A model generated the notes under the pieces. The model was not told where the DNA came from. It worked only from the letters and a program-made list of their open reading frames with translations, and ran no database searches. Both the position numbers and the translations under genes were made by a program. A DNA stretch of 64,000 nt from Candidatus Latescibacterota bacterium (GTDB taxonomy: Bacteria > Latescibacterota > UBA2968), in the NCBI GenBank assembly GCA_965204745.1, contig OZ242010.1, positions 96,001 to 160,000 on the forward strand, read 5' to 3'. Positions 56,992 to 64,000 of the stretch are shown in pieces (position 1 is the stretch's first letter; every line of letters starts with the position of its first letter).

Positions 56992-59927
56992 TGACTACTT
57001 GCTATGCTCAACGTGACGATGAACTCAAGGGACGAGGAACCGCTCCCCTCGGTCACACTCGGAGAATCAATACTCAGCGTCGGCGGGTCATCATCATCGG
57101 TTAGCGTCAAATTCGCGTTGACCAAACTGCCCACGCCTTGATCGTTGCTTGCCACACCGGACACGGTCACGGCGCGATTAACCTCGTATTGACCGTTGTC
57201 CACCGCCGTGATCGCTACCGTGTCCGACGCGTTCGTCGTGTCCCCAGCCGCGATGGCAATCGTCGAATCCTGACCCACCGTGTAGGCACCGGTCACCGGG
57301 CGCACCGTGATCGTGGTCGCCTCACTCGACGGACGCGAGAGCGTCGCGCTCACCGTCGAAACACCGCCAGCCTCCGAGATGGACGAGGGCGACAGCATCA
57401 GCGTCACATCCGGCGCGGCGTCATCGTCTGTGATCGTCAGGGCCCCGGAAGCCATCGATGCCACATCGTCGCCTGCCACCGTGCCAGACACGCCTAAGCG
57501 CTTGTCCGGTGCATCGGTCGTGTTGTTCACCGCCGTGATGACCACCGTGTCCGACGCGTTCGTCGTGTCCCCAGCCGCAATGGTGATCGTCGAATCCTGA
57601 TCCACCGTGTAAGCACCGGTCACCGGCCGCACCGTGATTGTTGTCGCATCCCTCGATAGATGCGACAGCTTCGCGCTCACCGTCGCAACACCACCAGCCT
57701 CAGAAATCGACGTGGGCGACAGTGCCAATGTCACCGTCGGTTTATCCAGCGCGATGCCATTTGGCGTAGTCAATCCTGTGGTGATGAGGTCTTCGACATT
57801 CGAGCCATCGAGGTCGGCACGCAGAATCTTATCCGTGCTCCAGTCCGTCCAGTACATCTTTCCGCCCCCCACATCCAGCGCGATGTCAATTGGCGAACTC
57901 AATCCTGTGGTGATGAGGTCTTCGACATTGGAGCCATCGAGGTCGGCACGCTGAATCTTACCCGGGCTCTCTTCCGTCCAGTACATCTTGCCGCGTCCCA
58001 CATCCAGCGCGATGCCAACTGGCGTATTCAATCCTGTGGTGATGAGGTCTTCGACATTCGAGCCATCGAGGTCGGCACGCTGAATCTTATCCGTGCCATA
58101 GTCCGTCCAGTACATCTTTCCGCCCCCCACATCCAGCGCGATGCCATATGGTTCTCTCAATCCTGTGGTGATGAGGTCTTCGACATTGGAGCCATCGAGG
58201 TCGGCACGCTGAATCTTATCCGTGCCAGTGTCCATCCAGTACATCTTTCCGCCCCCCACATCCAGCGCGATGCCAGATGGATTCCTCAATCCTGATGCGC
58301 TGGTGATGAGGTCTTCGACATTGGAGCCATCGAGGTCGGCACGCTGAATCTTACGTGCGTCATAGTCCGTCCAGTACATCTTGCCGCGGCCCACATCCAG
58401 CGCGATGCCAACTGGCGTATTCAATCCTGTGGTGATGAGGTCTTCGACATTGGAGCCATCAATGTTGACACGCTGAATCTTATCCGTGCCATAGTCCGTC
58501 CAGTACATCTTGGGCGCGTCATCGTCTTCCAGCGTCAAAGCCGCACCGGTCACACGGCCCACGCCTTGATCGTTGCGTGCCACACCGGACACGGTCACGG
58601 CGCGAGTAACCTCGTATTGACCGTTGTCCACCGCCGTGATCGCTACCGTGTCCGACGCGTTCGTCGTGTCCCCAGCCGCGATGGTGATCGTCGAATCCGA
58701 CCCCACCGTGTAGGCATTGGCCACGGGGCGCACCGTGATCGTGGTCGCCTCACTCGACGGACGCGAGAGCACCGCGCTCACCGTCGAGACACCGCCAGCC
58801 TCCGAGATGGACGAGGGCGACAGCATCAGCGTCACGGTAGGCGAGGCGTCATCGTCCTCCAGCGTCAATGCCGCACCGAGCACACTGACCGTGTCATCGC
58901 TTGCCACACCGAACACGGTCACACGCTTACTCGGCGCATCGGTCGTGTTGTTCACCGCCGTGATGACCACCGTGTCCGACGCGTTCGTCGTGTCCCCAGC
59001 CGCAATGGTGATCGTCGAATCCGACCCCACCGTGTAAGCACCGGTCACCGGGCGCACCGTGATTGTTGTCGCCGCCGCCAACCGATGCGACAGCTTCGCG
59101 CTCACCGTCGCAACACCACCAGCCTCAGAAATCGACGTGGGCGACAGTGCCAATGTCACCGTCGGTTTATCCAGCGCGATGCCAAATGGCGTAGTCAATC
59201 CTGTGGTGATGAGGTCTTCGACATTGGAGCCATCGAGGTCGGCACGCTGAATCTTATCCGTGAGCTGGTCCACCCAGTACATCTTTCCGCCCCCCACATC
59301 CAGTGCGATGCCCTGTGGCCTCCTCAATCCTGATGCTCTGGTGATGAGGTCTTCGACATTGGAGCCATCGAGGTCGGCACGCTGAATCTTACCCGGGCTC
59401 TCTTCCGTCCAGTACATCTTTCCGCCCCCCACATCCAGCGCGATGCCAACTGGAAAACTCAATCCTGTGGTGATGAGGTCTTCGACATTGGAGCCATCGA
59501 GGTCGGCACGCTGAATCTTAAACGTGTTGCTGTCTGTCCAGTACATCTTTCCGCCCCCCACATCCAGCGCGATGTGTGGCGTAATCAATCCTCTGATGAG
59601 GTCTTCGACATTGGAGCCATCGAGGTCGGCACGCCGAATACGACCTCCGAGAAGGTCCGTCCAGTACATCTTTCCGCCCCCCACATCCAGCGCGAGGCCC
59701 CGTGGATTCGTCAATCCTGTGGTGATGAGGTCTTCGACATTGGAGCCATCCAAGTTGGCACGCTGAATCTTATCCGTGCCATAGTCCGTCCAGTACATCT
59801 TGAGCGTGTCGCCCCCGCTGCTCACCAGTGGTGTCGTCTGCGCTGTCGCGGGGGCGATCAGCAAGGGCATGACCAACACGGCGATCCATGTTGGAAGGGA
59901 CAGAAAACGGGGATAATGGGATGTCAT
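56961..59927 (-). pseudogene. Secreted YWTD (LDL-receptor class B) propeller / Ig-like protein, truncated by IS982 in a Calx-beta-like domain
   Basis: Signal peptide; 5 + 6 KMYWTD repeats, each block followed by two Ig-like units; the last residues CELRVESE are read from the IS end. Confidence 0.85.
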
Positions 59928-59949
59928 TTTATTTTTCTCTCGGGGAAGG

Positions 59950-60062
59950 GAATCGCGTTATTATTTGGCAAGTGGTAAAATAACGATGGGGTCGATGGTC
60001 AGTCAAGCAATAAGGACAGGCACAGGGGCCTGTCCCTACGGATGATGAGGCGGGGGATGCGA
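59950..60062. repeat. About 110-bp direct repeat (candidate promoter + REP-like hairpin), copy 1
   Basis: ...GGTAAAAT.ACGATGGG.TCG.TGGTCAGTCAAGC...GGACAGGCA.AGGGGCCTGTCCCTACGGATGATGAGGCGGGGGATGC, repeated at 61437-61548. Confidence 0.85.
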
Positions 60063-60402
60063 GGGGGACCTACCCCCTGGCCCCCTTCCTGCGAGGAAGG
60101 GGGAATGGCGAGAGGTTGTGCGAGGGATTGTGTGTAAGGGTTTTTGGATTTGCATGGCGTGATCCATTCGCCCAAAGCCATCAAAACAGCCAGGGATGCA
60201 AACCTTTAAGAAAGCCATGCGCTCCCCCTTTCCTCGTAGGCACAGGCGTAACCTACAATGAGCGAAGCGAATAACGGGGGCCGGGGGGATAGGTCCTGCG
60301 GTTGGGCGGTGTGGGGTAATCCGCGCAATCCCCTAATCCGTTTAATCCGCGATTCAGACACGGCCGGGTGGCGCGGTTGGGTCGTGGGTAATCAAAATCG
60401 CG

Positions 60403-60741
60403 TCACGCCTCCGCATCCAATGCGCGCTGAAATTCACCCAGATCCGCGACTTGCACTGCCGAGCGATGCAACTGCTTGAGGCGTTGCAAATCTTCGATGG
60501 TCCGAAGGCGACCTGCGACCTGATCGGCCACGGCAGGATCAAAGCGAATCTCCAGCACGTCGAGAATCGCGTCCATGGTATGTTCCCTACCCCCTCGCTC
60601 GATACCCTGCTCAATGCCCTGCTCGATGCCCTGCTCGATGCCCTGCTCGATGCCCTGCTCAATGCCCTGCTCAATAAACTGTTCCTTGAAGTGCTCCTTG
60701 AGGTATTGGGCAAACGATGATTCACGCATAATCGCGTCCAT
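60403..60741 (-). CDS. Putative intragenic short product (RpnS-like antitoxin, 112 aa)
   Basis: In-frame AGGAGG-GTTTT-ATG immediately before the repeat linker. Confidence 0.55.
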   Translation of the reverse strand: MDAIMRESSFAQYLKEHFKEQFIEQGIEQGIEQGIEQGIEQGIEQGIERGGREHTMDAILDVLEIRFDPAVADQVAGRLRTIEDLQRLKQLHRSAVQVADLGEFQRALDAEA

Positions 60742-61380
60742 AAAACCCTCCTGAGAAAGAATTCGGTTGATGGTGGTCGGCTCATAAGCCAAACCACTCA
60801 TGACCGCCAAGCCACCCAAAAAGTCGATCTTGCTTGAATGATCCAAGGGCATCACATCGGTCTTGCGGATACACTGACGCAACCATGCCTCTGAATCCAC
60901 CCCCACAGGAGGTCTCATCAACGGCGCGAAGGGAAGCAAGCCCGCCTGACCCCCTTCAAGAATGCTTTGCCCATCCATCTCACTCAGCCGAATCACCTTG
61001 TATTCCACATAGATGAAATGGCCGGGAAGTTCTTGCGTGTAGCATCCTGGATCGTGCCGCCCGGCATTGCGCCGCAAGTAGATCACACAGGAATAGACCG
61101 GCAGGCCATACTGCGCGATAATGTAACCCATGTAATTGATCATGCGGCGATTCATCGGGGTGCCCGTGCTGTCGGCGGTTTGAAATTCCGTGTGAACCAA
61201 GGCCTCCTGACCGCCAATCCGCACGCGAATCAGATTATCGCTCCGGCGCATTTCAACGGTGGGTTGTTCGGTTTCGAGCAGACCGTCAACTTCCACGTCA
61301 ACTCGTCCGAGAATGAATTGGACGAGGTCGTCTGGATAGTTTTGAATCAGGTGTTTGGAAATTGTATCGTACTCGGCCAT
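60403..61380 (-). CDS. Rpn family recombination-promoting nuclease / putative transposase
   Basis: YD...K.L N-terminus, RSD...HTEFQT nuclease motifs, LLPFAPLM, (IEQG)x6 linker, LEIRF C-terminal domain; SD GGAGG. Confidence 0.85.
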   Translation of the reverse strand: MAEYDTISKHLIQNYPDDLVQFILGRVDVEVDGLLETEQPTVEMRRSDNLIRVRIGGQEALVHTEFQTADSTGTPMNRRMINYMGYIIAQYGLPVYSCVIYLRRNAGRHDPGCYTQELPGHFIYVEYKVIRLSEMDGQSILEGGQAGLLPFAPLMRPPVGVDSEAWLRQCIRKTDVMPLDHSSKIDFLGGLAVMSGLAYEPTTINRILSQEGFMDAIMRESSFAQYLKEHFKEQFIEQGIEQGIEQGIEQGIEQGIEQGIERGGREHTMDAILDVLEIRFDPAVADQVAGRLRTIEDLQRLKQLHRSAVQVADLGEFQRALDAEA

Positions 61381-61436
61381 GTGAATCCTCCGAAATAAAA
61401 TCATACCCATTCGATTTCAAAGCGAAAAAAAATAAA

Positions 61437-61548
61437 GAATCACGCTATTGTTTGTCAAGCGGTAAAATGACGATGGGATCGGTGGTCAGTCAAGCGAGAA
61501 GGACAGGCAAAGGGGCCTGTCCCTACGGATGATGAGGCGGGGGATGCG
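61437..61548. repeat. About 110-bp direct repeat, copy 2
   Basis: Matches 59950-60062 with scattered substitutions. Confidence 0.85.
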
Positions 61549-61789
61549 GAGGACACAGCGGAGTGGAACGATGAAGCGGCGGTAGGGTGGTGGGTGGATC
61601 TCGCCTCTTACTTCTTGCCTCTTACTTGGGGATAGGGCTTGCGGTTGGGCGGATGGGCGAGCACGGAGGCATCGCCCAAAAAGGTGAGAGGTGAGAGGCA
61701 AGACGGGAGAAGACCTACACTCACTGCTCGCCTTTGGACTGGCTACCGCCAGTTGTATCCCGCTCGTGGTGAAACGCCTATCTTCCCAC

Positions 61790-62791
61790 TTACAGCTTCT
61801 CCTCCAGCAATTGATCGATGAGGTCCGCGGTGGTGATGCCTTCGGCTTCGGCGTTGAAACTCGTGACCAAGCGGTGGCGCAACACGGGTTTGGCGACGAA
61901 GGATACGTCTTCAATTGAAGGGGCAAAGCGACCGCTGAGCACGGCACGCGCTTTGGCGCCTAGGATCAGACACTGTGACGCGCGCGGCCCTGCGCCCCAG
62001 CGGAGCATGGGTGCGATAGAGGTGTTTGCGTCCCTGTGGGTTTGTGGTCGGGTTTTGCGGACGAGGCGCACCGCGTGCTCTACGATGTGATCTGCGACCG
62101 GCACTTTGCGGATGAGGTGCTGGAGGTTGCGAATCTGATCCGCATCGAGCACCGGGTTGATGGCGTGGGTTTGCGCGCCTGTGGTGGCTTTGACAATGGC
62201 GCGTTCCTCTTCTTCGGTGGGATAGTCGATCCACAAGTTAAAAATGAACCGGTCGAGTTGGGCTTCGGGCAGGGGATACGTGCCTTCTTGTTCAATGGGA
62301 TTTTGCGTTGCCAAGACAAAGAACGGTTCTTCGAGGCGAAAGGTCCCGCCCCCGGCCGTGACTTCGTGTTCTTGCATGGCCTGCAACAAAGCGGCTTGCG
62401 TTTTGGGCGGGGTGCGATTGATCTCGTCTGCCAAGATGATGTTGGCAAACAACGGGCCTTTGACAAAGCGAAATGTTTTGTGGCCCGTGGCGTGATCTTC
62501 TTCGAGGACTTCGGTGCCCGTGATGTCGGACGGCATCAGGTCGGGGGTGAACTGGATGCGGCTAAACGACAAGTCCAGGGCGCGGGCAAGGGTGCTGATG
62601 AGCAGGGTCTTTGCCAACCCCGGCACGCCGACGAGCAAGCAATGCCCCCCGCAGAGCAGGGCGATGAGGAGTTGATCGACGATGTCCCGCTGTCCGATGA
62701 TCACTTTGCCAATTTCAGCGGTGATCTGGTCGCAGGCGGTTTTCAGGTGTTCAACGGTTTGGAGATCGTTATCAGGTGTTGCGTCTAACAT
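61790..62791 (-). CDS. MoxR family AAA+ ATPase
   Basis: [51 protein letters not shown]. Confidence 0.95.
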   Translation of the reverse strand: MLDATPDNDLQTVEHLKTACDQITAEIGKVIIGQRDIVDQLLIALLCGGHCLLVGVPGLAKTLLISTLARALDLSFSRIQFTPDLMPSDITGTEVLEEDHATGHKTFRFVKGPLFANIILADEINRTPPKTQAALLQAMQEHEVTAGGGTFRLEEPFFVLATQNPIEQEGTYPLPEAQLDRFIFNLWIDYPTEEEERAIVKATTGAQTHAINPVLDADQIRNLQHLIRKVPVADHIVEHAVRLVRKTRPQTHRDANTSIAPMLRWGAGPRASQCLILGAKARAVLSGRFAPSIEDVSFVAKPVLRHRLVTSFNAEAEGITTADLIDQLLEEKL

Positions 62792-62903
62792 GGCGTGTCC
62801 TCAAGTGCGTGTCCATCCTCGCTTCCACCCCGCCGTGTGCGTTATCCCGGCCCATATTCCCCGACCTCTTGCCTCTCACGTCTTGCCTTTCACGTCTTGC
62901 CTC

Positions 62904-64000
62904 TCACGTCTTCTGCTTCTCCTTTTTCGCAGCGGGGAAGAGGATGTTGTTGAGGATGAGGCGGTAGCCCGGGGAATTTTTGTGCAGGGCGAGTTGCGTG
63001 GGGGGGTCGTTGACGAAGTGTTGGTAGTCCTCTGGGTCGTGGCCCGCGTAAAATGTGAACGTGCCCCGGCCGATGTTGCCGTGGATGTATTTGACGTGGT
63101 TCGTGCCGGGGATGTCGCCCATGATGGTCACGGATTTTTTGATGCGGTCTTTGCGGAACGCCGTTGTTTGTCCCAAAAACCCGGGTACGATGGGCGTGTG
63201 GTTTTGCGTGAGCATCGTGGGCACGGGATCGTATTTGGCGGAAAATTCAAACAGGGAAAAAGCGTGCAGGTCCGCATCTTTGATCTGGCTCATTTCCGTG
63301 GGCGACAGGTCGATGTCCGCGTGTTCGTATTCCATCGGGTCCAGCACCAGATTGAAGTTTTCAAAGGCCACTGTGCGCGAAAAGTCGAGTTTTTGTTGCG
63401 ACATGGGATCCGCGGGGTCCCCGTCATAAACGCCATCGACAATATCGACCCCGCGGGCCGCGAGGGCAATGTCAAAGGTATCGGTTGCCGAGCACATGGC
63501 AAAGATAAATCCGCCCTGCGTCATGTAGTTGTGAATGGCCCGTGCAACCGCGCCCTTGAGTTGCGAAACTTTGGCAAAGCCCAATTTGTGCGCGAGGGCC
63601 TCAAACTCGGCCTGTTGCCGCCGATACCAGAGTTGGCGGCCGTGGCTGCGATAGAATTTGCCGTATTGCCCGGTGAAGTCTTCGTGGTGCAGGTGCAGCC
63701 AGTCGTAGTCCTCGAGTTGACCCGATAGCACTTCCTCGTCCCACAACGTGGTGTAGGGGATTTCCGCGTACGTGAGGGCCAAGGTCACGGCGTCGTCCCA
63801 CGGCTGTTTGTGCGGCGGGGTATAGACCGCGATGCGCGGTGCTTTTTCGAGGTGCATGCGGTTCATGTTGGCGGATTCGATGTCCGCGTAGATGCGCGTG
63901 GCCTGCGCTGCGGAGATGGCCTGAAAAGATACGGCGCGGATTCGGGCTTCGCGCACAATGGTCTCGTGGAAGTCCATGAGAAAAGCCCCGCCCCGATAAT
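62904..64000 (-). CDS. Conserved FCB-group protein often labelled 'asparagine synthetase B'; 5' end outside the window
   Basis: Frame stays open to the edge (YRGGAFLM); QPWDDAVTLALTYAEIPY, WLHLHHEDFTGQYGKFY, NSPGYRLILNNILFPAA. The label is unverified and function is unknown. Confidence 0.7.
   Translation of the reverse strand, partial: YRGGAFLMDFHETIVREARIRAVSFQAISAAQATRIYADIESANMNRMHLEKAPRIAVYTPPHKQPWDDAVTLALTYAEIPYTTLWDEEVLSGQLEDYDWLHLHHEDFTGQYGKFYRSHGRQLWYRRQQAEFEALAHKLGFAKVSQLKGAVARAIHNYMTQGGFIFAMCSATDTFDIALAARGVDIVDGVYDGDPADPMSQQKLDFSRTVAFENFNLVLDPMEYEHADIDLSPTEMSQIKDADLHAFSLFEFSAKYDPVPTMLTQNHTPIVPGFLGQTTAFRKDRIKKSVTIMGDIPGTNHVKYIHGNIGRGTFTFYAGHDPEDYQHFVNDPPTQLALHKNSPGYRLILNNILFPAAKKEKQKT

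Noticed and set aside
57740-59805. YWTD repeats as a CRISPR array or DGR target
   Set aside because: The repeats are in-frame protein blades; no reverse transcriptase or template repeat in the window, and variation includes indels
62904-64000. Literal asparagine synthetase function
   Set aside because: No ATP-pyrophosphatase SGGLDS motif in the visible part; kept as uncharacterised

Overview
A GC-rich bacterial chromosomal window with no rRNA, tRNA or CRISPR array that I can support. The gene content suggests an FCB-related lineage such as Latescibacterota/Gemmatimonadota, possibly host (sponge)-associated; this is inference from the GWxTD-TPR protein, TonB receptor-PorV locus, cohesin/dockerin proteins, PhyH dioxygenases, sulfatase and YWTD-repeat protein. 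Core and metabolic genes: an Fe3+/polyamine-type ABC importer, rsmD, uvrB, a GalE-GalT fusion, a sigma-70 factor, MoxR and an ABC exporter. These are interleaved with many small accessory cassettes: a MunI-like restriction-modification pair, two toxin-antitoxin pairs with broken toxins, three different ABC-ATPase + TOPRIM (PARIS-like) pairs, an HNH nuclease, an Rpn gene, an IS982 and nested MITEs. Intergenic DNA is full of 7-mer/10-mer tracts and REP-like mosaics. Most notable: (1) a DRB0094/Rnl5 RNA ligase sandwiched co-directionally between two ATPase-TOPRIM pairs; (2) a third PARIS-like pair inserted into the uvrB 3' end between perfect 27-bp direct repeats with no integrase; (3) a tandem array of at least 4 CCDC90/DUF1640-like genes differing only in their shuffled coiled-coil modules; (4) a YWTD propeller protein with constant framework and hypervariable loops; (5) an internal SD+ATG in the Rpn gene consistent with an intragenic antitoxin. 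Family calls come from motif recognition by eye, not database searches.
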